Below, piece by piece: positions 1 to 12,740 of a stretch of DNA of 64,000 nucleotides. Source of the DNA: Squalus acanthias (lineage: Eukaryota). Each line of letters starts with the position of its first letter. Position 1 is the first letter of the stretch. The position numbers and the translations under genes were made by a program. The notes below the pieces were generated by a model. That model saw nothing but the letters and a program-made list of their open reading frames with translations, was not told where the DNA came from and did no database searches. The DNA lies in contig CM059425.1 of assembly GCA_030390025.1 (NCBI GenBank), forward strand, positions 172,672,001 through 172,736,000, given 5' to 3'.

Positions 1-2392
1 CTCGACCTTGCCATCTCTCGCGGCCTCGCTACTCCCATCGTGTCAATCGCACATAAGGCCATCTCTAACCACTTCCTCGTATCGCTCGTGACTCACATCC
101 CACTTCTCCCGCCCCCCCCCCCCCCCCCCAACCCTACTTTCTCTGTGTCCGCCCCGGAAAAAACTCTCTCCCAACTCTCTTACAACTGCACTTACGAAAT
201 TCCAACTGTCCAGCCTTTGGCCCTCCATTCACCATGACATTTCTGCAGCTACCGATCTGCTCAACCACACCCTCACCACCACCTTTGATAGCCTAGTCCT
301 TATTAAAACAATTACTCTCTCTCACCCTGTTCGTTCCCCCCTGGTACGGCCCTCATCTTTGCTCCTTTAAGTCCAAGGGATGCAGACTTGAACGGGTGTG
401 GCGGACAACTGGTTTAGCCATTCACTGCCAGATCTGGCTGGACCACATAACGCATTATCGGGTCCTGCTCTTGTCTGCCAAAATTGCTCACTATTCCAGA
501 ATCATTCTAGAATGCAAAAATAAACCCCGGCTTCTATTCTCCACTGCTAACTGTGTTCTTAAACCCGTCTCCTCCACCCTCGCCTCCAGCAAGAAATGTG
601 AGGAGCTCATGGACGACTTTGTTTCTAAGATTGAGACCATCCGTTCAGTTGCCTCTGCCACTTCCCTTCCTTCCCAGAGCCTACCGGGTTCCCTCCTGCC
701 CTAGCCCTGAACTCACATTTTTCTCCAGTTTCTCTTCGATCTCCACGCTCATCTTGTCCGTGAGACCCACTGCGCCCTTGACCCTATTCCCACCAAACTG
801 CTGACCACCCAACTTCCTTTTCTGGCTCCCATGTTAGCTGACATTGTTAATGGTTCTCTCTCCTCAGGAACTGTCCCCCTCTCCCTCAAATCTGCCGTCA
901 TCACCCCTCTCAAAAAAAACCTTGACCCCTCCGTCCTTGCAAACGACCACCCCATCTCCAATCTCCCTTTCCTCTTCAAAGTCCTTGAACGTGTTGTCGC
1001 CTCCCAAACTTGTGCCCATCTTTCCCGTAACTCCATGTTTGAATCCCTCCAATCAGGTTTCCACCCCTGCCACAGTACCGAAACGGCTCTCATCAAAGTC
1101 ACAAATGACATCCTTTGTGACTGTGACAAAGGTAAACTATCCCTCCTCGTCCTCCTTGACTTGTCTGCAGCTTTTAACATGGTTGACCACTGCATTCTTC
1201 TCTAGTACCTCTCCACCATCATCCAGCTGGGTGGGACTGCACTCGACTGGTTCCATTCTTATCTATCTAATCGTAGCCAGAGAATCACCTGCAATGGCTT
1301 CTCTTCCCGCTCCCGCATCGTTACCTCTGGTGTCCCATCAAGGATCTATCTTTGGCCCCCTGCTATTTCTCCTCTACATGCTGCCCCTTGGTGACATCAT
1401 CTAAAAACACAGTGTCAGTATCCACATGTACGCTGACGACACCCAGCTCTACCTCACCACCACTTCTCTCGACCCCTCCACGGTCTCTAAATTGTCAGAC
1501 TGCTTGTCCGACATACAGTTCTGGATGAGCAGAAATTTTCTCCAATTAAATATTGGGAAGCCATTGTTTTCGGTCCCCGCCACAAACTCCGTTCCCTAGC
1601 CACTGACTCCATCCCTCACCCTCACATCTGTCTGAGGCTGAACCACACTGTTCACAACCTTGGTGCCATATTTGACCCTGAAATGAGCTTCCGACCACAT
1701 ATTCGCGGCATAACTAAGACCGTCTATTTCCACCTCCGTAATATTGCCCGTCTCCGCCCTTGCCTCAGCTCATCCTCTGCTGAAACCCTCATCCCTGCCT
1801 TTGTTACCTCTAGACATGACTATTCCAAAGCTCTCCTGGCTGGCCTCCCACATTCTACCCTTGAGGTCATCCAAAACTCGGCTGCCCGTGTCCTAACTCG
1901 CACCAAGTCTCGTTCACCCATCACCTCTGTGCTCGCTGACCTACATTGGCTCCCGGTTAAGCAAAGCCTCGATTTCAAAATTCTCATCCTTGTTTTCAAA
2001 TTCCTCCATGTCCTCATCCCTTCCTATCTCTGTAATCTTCTCCAGCCCCACACCCCCACACCCCCCCGCCCCCCCCGAGATATCTGCACTCCTCTAATTC
2101 TGCTCTCTTGTACATCCCTGATTTTAGTCGCTCAGCCATTGGTGGCCGTGCCTTCTGTTGCCTAGGCCCGAAGCTCTGGAATTCCCTGCCTAAAACTCTC
2201 CATCTCGCTACCTCTCCTCCTTTAAGGTGCTCCTTAAAACCTACCTCTTTGACCAAGCTTTTGGTCACCTGCCCTAATTTCTCCTTATGTGGCTCGGTGT
2301 CAAATTGTTTGTCTTATAATCCTCCTGTGAAGCGCCTTGGGACATTTTACCACGTTAAATGCACTATATAAATACAAGTTTACAAGTTGTTG
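1..2392 (+). mobile_element. L2-clade LINE, degenerate ORF2 (end of endonuclease, RT) plus 3' tail; runs off the window start
   Basis: Frameshifted RT pieces: [55 protein letters not shown] (1424-1453), LHWLPVKQ. L2-type tail GTGAAGCGCCTTGGGAC...CTATATAAATACAAGTT. Confidence 0.9.
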
Positions 2393-3415
2393 TCATTCAA
2401 AGTGAGAGATACTATTCTGTGCTACTCTTCCCACTGAATTCATCACGACTAACCCAGTGGTTTATTTACATCATTGATGTTGAAATGTTGGATACAATAT
2501 TAAGATTTGTCAAAGTAGTCAATATATTTAGATAGGTCAAATCAGTGCAGATTTTGATGGAACTGATAAGTTGGCCGGCTTAATGGCTCTAGGTGTAGAA
2601 CCCCATTGTGTACCATTTTGTTCTTGAGAGTTAAACCCTTTCGTGATCAGTTGGCACTGCAAGACATTAATTGCATAATTGACCACAACAAGAAGATCCT
2701 GATTTAGCTTTAGTTTGATTGGGCCTGAAGTTAAACTATTTTATTAGTGGTACCCTCCTCAGATTGAGGGGGCACTTGTGGTTTTAATTTCTGTAGTTGA
2801 CACGGGTTACTCAGTGCCACCCCTACTGGTCCAATTAAAATAGGCATTTTAGGCCTTTGATATAGGCTGCTCCCAGAAGATCTCGGTCATTTCAAACCAT
2901 TCTGGGTGGGGGTGGTACTTAACTGTAAAAATTTCAATAACCTTACAGAGTGCAACCTGTATCCAGGATTCCTGCCGACCCTGGTTGATGAGGGGTTGTG
3001 CAAGCCACAGTGTTAAGTTTCTCTGGCATCCCTCTGGTAGGGTTCACAGCAAGTGTTCCTCTAGGAAAAGAAAATGGGAGGCTGGAACTTTATTAAGGCC
3101 TTAAAAAGGTTTGCTGGCTATTAGGATTGATTATCTTAAAATAATTGCCCATTGTTCCCTTTGGGAAAATGTAAAAGTAATGTTATTCCCCTCGAATCAT
3201 TAAGGGCAGCATGGTGCTGCTCTGATTTTCCTTTAGTTGTCTGAGTGGACTCCTCTGTTGCATCTGTACAGACATGGGCCCAACCTACTCTGACTGTTTA
3301 AATTCCTTTGTCCCCAGTATTTGGGATGGAGTCTATGGCCTCGTCTTGTTGGACTCAGGAATTTCGGGCCTAGATGTTTTAAAGGAGACTTGTGCAATAG
3401 AACATAATTCTGTTA

Positions 3416-3742
3416 TTGGTGTTTTTTCCTTTAGCTACCAGCTTCAGAACTAGGGGTCACAGTCTCAGAATAAGGGGTCGGACATTTAGGACTGAGATGA
3501 GGAGAAATTTCTTCACTCAGAGGGTGGTGATTCTTTGGAATTCCCTACCCAAGAGGGCTATGGATGCTCAGTTATTGAGTATATTCAAGACAGAGATCAA
3601 TAGAGTTTTGGATACTAAGGGAATCAAGGGACATGGGGATCGGGTGGGAAAGTGGAGCTGAAGTGGAAGATCAGCCATGATCTTATTGGAAGGCGGAGCA
3701 GGCTCGAAGGGCCGAATGGCCTACTTCTGCGCCAATTTCTTG
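3416..3742 (+). mobile_element. CR1 LINE 3' fragment
   Basis: RTRGHSLRIRGRTFRTEMRRNFFTQRVVILWNSLP plus the CR1 3'UTR (GGGCCGAATGGCCTACT). Confidence 0.88.
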
Positions 3743-3744
3743 TG

Positions 3745-4152
3745 ATCAGCTTAGCTACATTGGTAGAAGACCTTGGTTCAGGCCTCACTTCAGAACTTGA
3801 GGACGTGACCTAGGCTGATACTCCAGTACTGTGGGAGTGCTGCATTGTCAGAGGATGTTAAACTAAGGCTCCTGCTTGTCCAATAATGCAGGTGGATGTT
3901 AAATACCCCATGGCATTATTTGAAATATAGCAGGGATTTTTCTAGGTGTCCTGGCCAAAATTCATGCCTCAACCAACACTACCTAGAACAGTTTAACTAG
4001 CTGCTTATGGGGTCATGCTGTGTGTATAATAGCTGCTATTTTTGCCTAAATAACAACAGTTATTGCACTTCAAGATACTGTAGCTCATTGTATGTGAAGA
4101 ACTTTGAGATGTTGCTGAAAAAAATAAGATGCTATATAAAAGCAAGTCTTTT
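3745..4152 (+). mobile_element. Old Deu-domain SINE copy (SacSINE1-like)
   Basis: Colinear with the younger copy at 33955-34420 (taggctgatactccagt, caggtggatgttaaa, ggtgtcctggccaa, gctatataaaagcaagtc). Confidence 0.75.
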
Positions 4153-4159
4153 TATTGTT

Positions 4160-4546
4160 TATCCCTCTCTTCCTCTCCTGACAGCATTGACTTCTTGCTT
4201 GGGTATGGTTCCATGTATGCTAGTCATCCTGTAGTACCTCACCCAGGTGGCCATTTTTTATGTGAATTTCCACGAGTGAGCGTTGGTAAGTAATTTGACT
4301 GTCAGTGGCATCACAGACAAGCCTGATCCTGTCTCCACTGGACATTGACGCAGACATTATTCAACAGGGATGATTAGAAAGGAACAGGAATCCCGAGTAT
4401 TCTTTCCAATCCAGGAGTGGTGAGTCCAGTTGAAGTGCCCATACTGCTGCGCTAGCTGAAATAAGCTAATTTAGCACATTAGGACATTCTTGATCTGTCG
4501 GGCTTAGCTAATTCACTGTCTTAACCAGTTGAACTATTGGGGGAGA
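4160..4546 (-). mobile_element. Ancient tRNA-derived SINE, AmnSINE2-like
   Basis: The reverse complement carries blocks recalled from the AmnSINE2 consensus: TGTGCTAAATTAGCTTATTTCAGC, ACAGGATCAGGCTTGTCTGTGATGCC, AATGGCCACCTGGGTGAGGTAC, GGAACCATACCC, CAGGAGAGGA. Family name is from memory. Confidence 0.6.
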
Positions 4547-6472
4547 CCTTGTGCTCTTTTACAGCACCTTTATTGATTTCCTAAAATACATACCTTTAAA
4601 AAAAACAATTACAATAATTATGAACCATCGAAACATAATCAGTAGGTACATTTTACCTGTTTTTTTCCCCACATATGTAAGACTCTAGTACTTGTGTTGC
4701 TCAGTGACTGTTCATTCACATTTGTAATGCAGTGTCACCAAAATGGAATCTTAAATTATCCAAATATTTGTGCTGCAACCTGTTGTCCACTGAATTGGAA
4801 CAGTCTACTGCCTAGTATCATCTGAAAATAGCAGCATACATTGGCCAAAGTAGATAAATGTTGTTTCCAACAGCTCATTTAGACCCAGTTGCACATAAGA
4901 ATGCCATAACATATTTTGGGGGTTGCAGACAGAGTATTTTTAATTTTATCAACCAATGGGCAATTCCACATTCTAAGTGGTTTTTTTTTTAAAAACTCAT
5001 CTCCGGATATGTTAATTTATTTCTGTGCTGAAGGCCTTTATAGATTTTTAGGCTGGTGTCAAGATTGAAGTTTTTTTAGCTGGTTCTGTTTAAAAGGGTA
5101 AATTTCTATGAGGATGCCCTTTCTGATACCTGCTACTTGTATGATATTAAATAAGTCGAGGTAAAACTTTTTTTTTTAAACAAAATGGTTTTAGTTTTTT
5201 GATTAACCATCTTCAATGTTTGATTGAATAGCAATAACATTACTTTCATTTGCATTATTGGGATTGAAAGGCAGGCTAGTGGACTGAAGGATTAGAGAGT
5301 AGACTGGTGAATTGACTGAACCCATCTGTAGTGTTCTTTAATCAGCAGCCCATCTTCAATTTCCTTATACAGTTTACAGGTGTAGATAAGTTCTGTAGCG
5401 TATGCAGCTGGCAGCATTTTTCTTGGAGTGAGTAGCCCTCGATCAGCTTGCAGGCCGATCTGAAGTCAAGAATATAATTCCTTTCACGGGAGCTGCCCTG
5501 GGAAGGTTCACTGTCTTTGATGTCCAAAAGCAAGCTAGCAGAAAGAAGACCTGCATGGTGGGACTCTTAAAGGTGGAAATTGATGTGTGTGTATATATAT
5601 TTAAAAGTCAAAGAATGTTTTAGGGTTCTTTATTTTTCGATATACAAAGAAGAAACCTTTTTGAAGCTGAGAGTAATGAAAGAGAATACTTAATCATCTT
5701 TGCTTGGGCTATGTGCCAAAGTCGATTGACCCAGTGCCACAGCCTTGTGTCAAAGGCAATATATAATAATGTGCTGCAAATGAGAGAAAATCAGTAAATT
5801 GGTCCAATTGGAGACCAAAGTGATAAAGTGAAGTAGGCTGGGTAACACTGTAAAATGAATACTGACATTGATCTCACCAAGAATCATAATTCAACAGTGG
5901 TTAATTGAAGGAAAGCCAGACAGAATATGGTAGAGGCTAGCTACCTTACACTAGCCCTTTCAATAGTAAACAGGAGCCAGTGTGCAGCAAAGTCAATGAA
6001 AAGTTCTCAGTTGGTACTTCCCATGTGCAATAGCTCACTGCTGGAATGGTAATTTTAACAATTATAATTGGAATTTCCATGTTTCACAAGACAAAGTGAT
6101 CTTACTGGTTCTATAGAAAGTAAAACTGCCTGAAATCAGTTTAGCCTCATAAATAGAATGTACTAAAACAATTCTGTCTTGATACCAGCCAAAAGAATTG
6201 CCAACAGTTCTGTGGCACGGAAAGAAAATGATGTATCTGGAGATTTTCTTTTTAAATGTCATTTTTGAGAGGGAATCTATACTGCATAGAATTGAATAGA
6301 GTCCACTTATAATAACTGGAAAGATGTGATAAACCAAACTTGATTGATCAACAGAGACACCCTACCCTATATCACCATCTTACAATATTAAAAAAAAAGG
6401 TAGAAAGCTTGTTGTCCTCAAGAAACTTTGTCACCTAAAATTATTCTGCAAATTTAATCTGAATATATAATA

Positions 6473-6801
6473 CAGGTTGAGCGTCCCGAATCCGGCAACC
6501 TCGGGACCGAGGCTGAGCCGGTTTTCGTGTTTTTCCAGACTTCGGAACGTGTTTCTGATGTCCGAAGTCCGGAAACGCCTGAGCCCAGGTTGTGATATTT
6601 CCGGACTTCGGACATCAGAAACATGTTCCGAGTCCGGAAATGCCTGGGCCCAGGATGCGATATTTCCGGTTTTTGGTAAGCCTCCCTCAGGGTGTCCGGA
6701 TTCCGGAACATTTTACAGATTCCGGATGACCCTGCCACCAATTGTCCCGGATTCCGGAACATTCCGGATTCCGGAACTCCAGATTTTGGAGGCTCAACCT
6801 G
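6473..6801. mobile_element. pogo/Tigger-type (Tc1/mariner superfamily) MITE, 329 bp
   Basis: TA at 6471-6472 and 6802-6803. Imperfect ~23-bp TIRs CAGGTTGAGCGTCCCGAATCCGG / CAGGTTGAGCCTCCAAAATCTGG (right end reverse-complemented). Internal TCCGGA repeats. Confidence 0.88.
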
Positions 6802-7081
6802 TAACACCCTCCTCCCCCCGCCATGGCATTACTCATGTTGATACAAAAGTTATACTGGTGTAGGCTTCCTCCCCCTTTATAGATGCACACAAATCATCTG
6901 GGTGTGGTTTAAACCAGGGATTCTTAACCTTTTTGCTTCCGAGGCCCCCCTCTCATGTTATAAAAATTCCACGGACCGCCTGTAACACAACACAAGTATT
7001 TTTTCTGTATAAAAAAAGTTATTATTAATAGCTTTATTACACCTTACGTAAAGAAGAATTTATTAAGTCCTAAATTTACAT

Positions 7082-7278
7082 AAGGAAAATACTGCGAATG
7101 CTGGAAATCTGAAATAAAAACAGAAAATGCTGGAAATACTCAGCAAGTCAGGCAGCATCTGTGGAGAGCGAAACAGAGTTAACATTTCAGTTCTGACAAA
7201 AGGTCTTCGACCTGAAATGTTAAATCTGTTTCTCTCTCCATAGATGCTGCCTGACCTGCTGAGTATTTCCTGTTTATA
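7082..7278. mobile_element. Penelope-derived fold-back mini-insertion
   Basis: 14-bp TSD TCCTAAATTTACAT (7068-7081, 7279-7292). ~60-bp inverted arms homologous to the 3' end of the Penelope-like element at 10024-10716. Confidence 0.8.
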
Positions 7279-7293
7279 TCCTAAATTTACATT

Positions 7294-8050
7294 GGCCCTG
7301 AAATTCGCCTCTCCGGCTTGCCGCAGGGGTAAGGATCGCGCGCGCATTTACCTACCGCGCCTGCCGTTGTGTTTTGGGCCCACGGGAACTTCAGCTCCTG
7401 GGCCTCCTCCAAGTGCCAGCGCGCAGTGCTTGCGTGTCCCAGGGGCGCAGTTAGTGCGATGCGTCCCCTGGGATCACGTGGGCCATGGAGAGCAAATGGC
7501 AGCAGACCATCTTTCATTCATAGATTTGACAGGACCTGTCAATGTATGAATTGAAATCGGCCCCAAAAGAACAGCTAAACTTAAAATAAATTTAAAAAAA
7601 ACCATCACATTTATAAAATAACTATAGTTAAATAAATTAACCACTTTAAACAAAAATTTAAATCTTTGAAAATATTAAAATACTTTTTAACAGTGCTAAA
7701 AATAAACTTACCTTTCTTTAAAGTATCTAAAAAAGATAAACCTGTTGAAAAAATGTTTAAATTATACTTAATTAACCACTTACCTTGTTGAAAACGGCTC
7801 CTGCGCCTCCTTTTTAAATGTGCAGTTCTTCAATACTTACCCTCCCGTAGAAACCTGAAAAAAAACCTAAGTTTGCTGCGTGCGCGCAGCCTCTACCGTG
7901 CACGCGGTTCACCTCTGAACCGCTCCCTTCACCAGACCGGAAGTTGCCGTTTCCCGTGCATGCACAGTGCATGTAGGAAACCGGCACTTCGGGACACCTT
8001 ACGGGTGAGTGCGCACTGTACTCACCCGGGAAGGGCCGAATTTTTGGCCC
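7294..8050. mobile_element. PIF/Harbinger-type MITE (same family as 51764-52503)
   Basis: TIRs GGCCCTGAAATTCG / CGAATTTTTGGCCC; flanks att/atg (imperfect 3-bp TSD). GC-rich ends and an AT-rich core closely similar to 52020-52300. Confidence 0.78.
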
Positions 8051-10023
8051 ATGATGTGCCCATTTGCTGCCCAAGGTCTGCTCTACCCCATCAAATGAAC
8101 CAGGAGCAACAAGTGCAGTGCTCACTACAGGTTCGTTTTATGCACACTTGGTCAGACTGGACTAAAATCCCAGGTCCACGTCCTCCATTTTGGAAACAGA
8201 ACTTCCCTCTTATTTCGATACCAAACCCCAACATGGTGGTAAAAGCCAGCAACTTGAATTAACAGCACCAATACTGGCGGAGGCGGATGGCACATGAGAG
8301 AAATGGAGAAATAAACAGGGCCCTGAGCGATTTTACCCACCTGACCTCATCGCCATAAATCCTTTAGTGACAAAGGCAGCCCCCCTCTTTCCTCCTCCCC
8401 AACCCTTTCACAAATAGCCGGCGGTATCTCAAAGGACACGAGCACCCATCACTGTCCGTCAGAAAAGCACATGGCCATGAATATAAAGCTCCAAGTCTGA
8501 AATATGAGGAAAATTGTGATAACAACTTCAGCTATTTTATTAACTCAGACTGAAGACATTGAAGGAGAGAGTCACACCAGATCCAGATTTTTACGGCTTT
8601 GCCACCGGCCCAGAGACTGGAAAGTCTCTTTCATTTCTCCCCCACCCAAGGCCACGTGGCAGTGCGCACTTTCTCCATTGACGGCGCCCTTTTCACACAC
8701 GCGAGCGGCTTCCAACCGACACAGGGCAGCTCTGGATGAGGGGAAAGAAAAGGGTTGAAAGGAAGTTTCACAGTACCTCGGCCCACGCAATGCCAGACTA
8801 ACTCTTAGATTTCCCCACCCTAAATTCAAGTTTTAATCCCCCGGAAGAGAAGTTATAACTTCCAGTATTTTATTTAATAGTTAAAAGCGGCAAGTGGTTT
8901 CTGAATGTAGAACCAATTAGGGCTGGATCAAAAAAATACTTACTGAGGTAAGTATTGCTGTAAAAGTCAGTGACACACAAAGGGACTTGTCTAAGCATTC
9001 AAATGGTGTCCAACAGTAAGAACCTGAATTGACTGCTCATGCACAGTCCTTGTAAAGCTGAGACTATGGCACTTGTCTCAATTTGCAGGGGAAACTACTG
9101 ATGGTTTATGCCATAAACATCAGTAGTTTCCCCTGTATATTGATGGGACAAATCAACTGGCGGATCCCCTGAAATCTAGGGGTCTGCAGACCCCCGGTTG
9201 AGAATCCCTGGTTTAAACAACTATTTATATTCAGCCACAGCTTGTTTCATTGAAGACAGCCCATCACTGCCAGTTGCAATATCAAAAAGTCATCATCTAC
9301 ATTTATTTGACATGAATTGCATAAACTAGGTTATGGTGCCTTGGTTTAACCAATATCTTTTTTAAACTGCTTTAAACATTAATATTTTGCCTTGCAGTTC
9401 CTTCTATGCTTCCTTCACGATTAGAGGTATTAAAATTAATGCTTTGCTTAAAATTAATATTAATTATTATTCCTTTCAAAAACAGTCCTTCCTTACAATA
9501 TCAAGTAGGCAGGTACTCCGATGTGTTTACAATGCAAGTTTTTGATATGATGAATAGGAGTTCTATTGCAATTTAAGCTATTAGAAAGTTTAAATATTGG
9601 TAATATCTATACAAAATGTGACTGGTCACTTTAAATTTGTACTACTGTAGGCTTATTGTCTCTAGTGAGGTAGAATCCACATTTTCTATGTGTGGCTTGA
9701 AAAAACCAGGTAGACAGAAAACATGGCCACATGGCTGCCAAGACACTAGTTGCCTTTGATATGCTAATACTTTTCAGTTGCAAAGCCAGTAATGTTGATC
9801 TCACCGACAGTCATTATTTGATAGTTACCAGTATATTGAATCTGCTGATTAGCAGCTATTCAACTTAGTTGGTTGGAGAAAGGTTTCTGAGATAGGGACC
9901 CCTGTTGCTTGGAAGATTATTTGATAGACTGCTCTGTAACTGAGAGTTACTGAATCTGAAGAATGAATAGGTAAGCCTTCACCTAACTCCTCTTATACCA
10001 CTGTACAGCAGCCTATGTGGAGG

Positions 10024-10716
10024 CTGCTCACGATGTGGTCTCCTCTACATTGGGGAGACCAAACGCAGATTGGGTGACCGCTTTGCGGAACACCTCCGTT
10101 CAGTCCGGAAGGGTGACCCCGAGCTTCCGGTCGCTTGTCATTTTAATTCACCCCTCCACGCTCACTCAGACCTCACCGCCCTCGGCCTCTTGCATTGTTC
10201 CACGGAAGCGCAGCGTAAGCTCCAGGAACAGCACCTCATCTTCCGTTTAGGCACTTTACAGCCTTCCGGACTCAATATCGAGTTCAACAATTTCAGATCA
10301 TAACCCCGGCCCCTACCACATATGTATACATTTTATCCACTCTTTTGGTCCGTGCCTTTTTCCTTTTTTTCTCTCTCTCCCCCCACGGCAGCTGTCTCTG
10401 ATTCTGCCAGCATTTCACACCTTACCTTTTGTTTCTCAACCTGTCCCATTACCATCTCGTCTTGCCTTGAGCATCTCTCAATGTCTCTACTCACTAAAGA
10501 CCATCCCTTTTGTTCTTTTATTCCTCCCCCCAGCCTCCCCCTTGCATTTTTATCTGTTTATTTCTTGCTCTCTCAGTTCCGACGAAGGGTTTCGACCTGA
10601 AACGTTAACTCTCTTTTTCTCTCTCCACGGATGTTGCCTGGCCTGCTGAGTTTTTCCAGCGTTTTCTGTTGTTATTTCGGATTTCCAGCATCCGCAGTAT
10701 TTTGCTATCGTATTGC
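10024..10716 (+). mobile_element. Penelope-like retroelement, 5'-truncated: GIY-YIG endonuclease C-terminus plus 3' pLTR region
   Basis: Frame from 10025: CSRCGLLYIGETKRRLGDRFAEHLRSV...PVACHFN...EQHLIFRLGTLQPSGLN. Approximate TSD ATGTGGAGG/ATGTAGAGG (10015-10023, 10717-10725). Confidence 0.88.
10575..10610 (+). ncRNA. Minimal type I hammerhead ribozyme motif (core mutated to CCGACGA)
   Basis: agtt-CCGACGA-a-gggt(ttcg)acct-GAAA-cgtt-aact; palindromic helix III AACGTT. Confidence 0.6.
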
Positions 10717-11334
10717 ATGTAGAGGATCTGTGCTGGGTCGTCAGAATCCCATTTATATGTATTACAGACGCTGGTCCAGATTTAGTATGCTAAAAGGTTA
10801 GTAAGGTGTTGCTCCTTTTTGTTAGTTTTGTATACCTGAACTGGTTGAAGTTAAACTTTCAATATTCAAGTGCAATATGTCATGCTATGCTACTGTTTAG
10901 TCTTTACTATTAATAAACATTATTCATATTTTCTAGCCTAAGTCACATTATTTGATAGAGTGCTTATTCTTCTGCTTTATGAAATGGGGTGAATGTGAAG
11001 GAGCTTGAGTCAATTCGGTAAGCTGTTACAGTAACAAGTTTCTGATTAACCGTGGGCCATGTCACATTACCAGATATTGTGCATATAATGTTTATAAAGT
11101 CACACTCTGGTTCGTAGGGAGCAAGGACTTGTTTTCAGCAGTAATCTTTGGTACTGAGCTTGAGAGAAATATCTTACTAAAGCCTAAAGATGATAGACTG
11201 TCTGGTATGTTTAATTTATTTATAGTCAGGTTTAAGAAATTTGAAACTAATGAGATTAAATTAATTTGCATCTTTCCTATGTATCTCTGGGACAGAACTA
11301 CATTTTACTAACCGATAACTAAATTAAACATCTT

Positions 11335-12740
11335 TAACTTGCTCTTAACCCATAGTCCTGCAAATTTTCCCTTTTGAAGCATATATTCAGTTCCCTTTTG
11401 AAAGTTACTATTGAATTTGCTTCCACCACCCTTTCAGGCAGTGCATTCCAGATCATAGAATAAATAGAATCATAGAATGGTATAGCACAGAAGGAGGCCA
11501 TTCGGCCCATCGAATCTGCGCCGGCTCTCTCGAAGAGCAATCCAGTTAGTCCCACTCCCGCACTCTTTCCCTATATCACTGCAATTTCTTTCCTCTTTCA
11601 AGTATTTATCCAATTGCCTATTGAGGGCTACTATTGAATCTGTATCCACCCCCTATCTGGTAGTGCTTTCCAAATCCTAACCAGTCATTGTGTAAAATAG
11701 ATTTTCCTCATGTCGCCTCTGGTTCTTTTGCCAATTGCCTTAAATTTGTGCCCTCTCGTTATTGACCCTTCAGCCATTGGAAACAGTTTCTCTTTATTTA
11801 CTCTATCTAAACTCCTCATGATTTTGAACACCTCTATCAAATCTCCTCTTAGCCTTCTCTGCTCCAAGGGGAACAACCCCAGTTTCTCTACTCTATGCAT
11901 TTAATTGTATTCCCTCATCCCTGGAACCATTCTAGCAAATCTCTTCTGTACCCTGTCCAAAGCCTTCACATCCTTCCTAAAGTGTGGTGTCCAGAATTGG
12001 ACACAATACTCCAGTGTGGCCAAATTAGTGTTTTATATAATATAAAATAAAAACAGAAAACGCTGGAAATACTCAGCAGATCAGGCAGCATCTGTAGAGA
12101 GAGAAACAGAGTTAACATTTCAGATCGATTACCCTTCGTCAGAACTGGAAAAAGTTGTAGATGTAACAGGTTTTTAAGCAAGTGTAGGGGCCAAAAACTG
12201 AACACAGTACTCCCGATGGGGTCTGATCAAAGCTCTGTACAACTGAAGCATCACTTCCTCACTTATATTCTGCTTGAGATGAATGTCAACATTCCATTAG
12301 CTGTTTTGATTACTTTTTGTACTTGTGCACTAGCTTTCAGTGATGCATGTACCTGGACACCCAAATCCCCTTGCTCCTGCACAGTTTCTAGTCTCACACG
12401 ATTAAGAAAATATTTTGATTTGTCTTTCTCAGATCCAAAGTAGATGACCTCACACTTCCCCAATTTGAACTCCATTTGCTATAGTTTTGCCCACTCACTT
12501 AATCTTTCTATGACCTTTTTTTTACTTCCTTTATTCCGACTCTCCTCCCTCCCAATTACCAACCCATGTCACAAGGTTACCTCTAATTCCATGCGCTCTC
12601 AATTTTGCTAATAATCTCGTGCGGAACCTTATCAACTGTGTTCTACAAGTCCATATACACAACATGCATAGACACTCTATCCATATCCACCATAGTACTG
12701 ATCTCAAAAAATTTAACTAGATTAGTCAGACAGGACATTA
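11335..12740 (-). mobile_element. Cluster of nested CR1 fragments interrupted by a Penelope pLTR fragment (~12040-12190)
   Basis: Minus-strand peptides EKLGLFPLEQRRLRGDLIEVFKI, KCEVIYFG...DLGVQVH and IWNALPERVVEA. Confidence 0.82.
12110..12146 (-). ncRNA. Minimal hammerhead ribozyme motif, core intact
   Basis: Reverse complement reads agtt-CTGACGA-agggtaatcgatct-GAAA-tgtt-aact. Confidence 0.6.

Larger units (their letters stand above)
6915..9210. mobile_element. Non-autonomous hAT (Charlie-like) element with nested insertions
   Basis: 8-bp TSD GTTTAAAC (6907-6914, 9211-9218). TIRs CAGGGATTCTTAACC / GGTTGAGAATCCCTG. Confidence 0.88.

Noticed and set aside
6454..6890. Overlapping 67-128 aa ORFs on both strands
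   Set aside because: Artefact of a GC-rich palindromic MITE.
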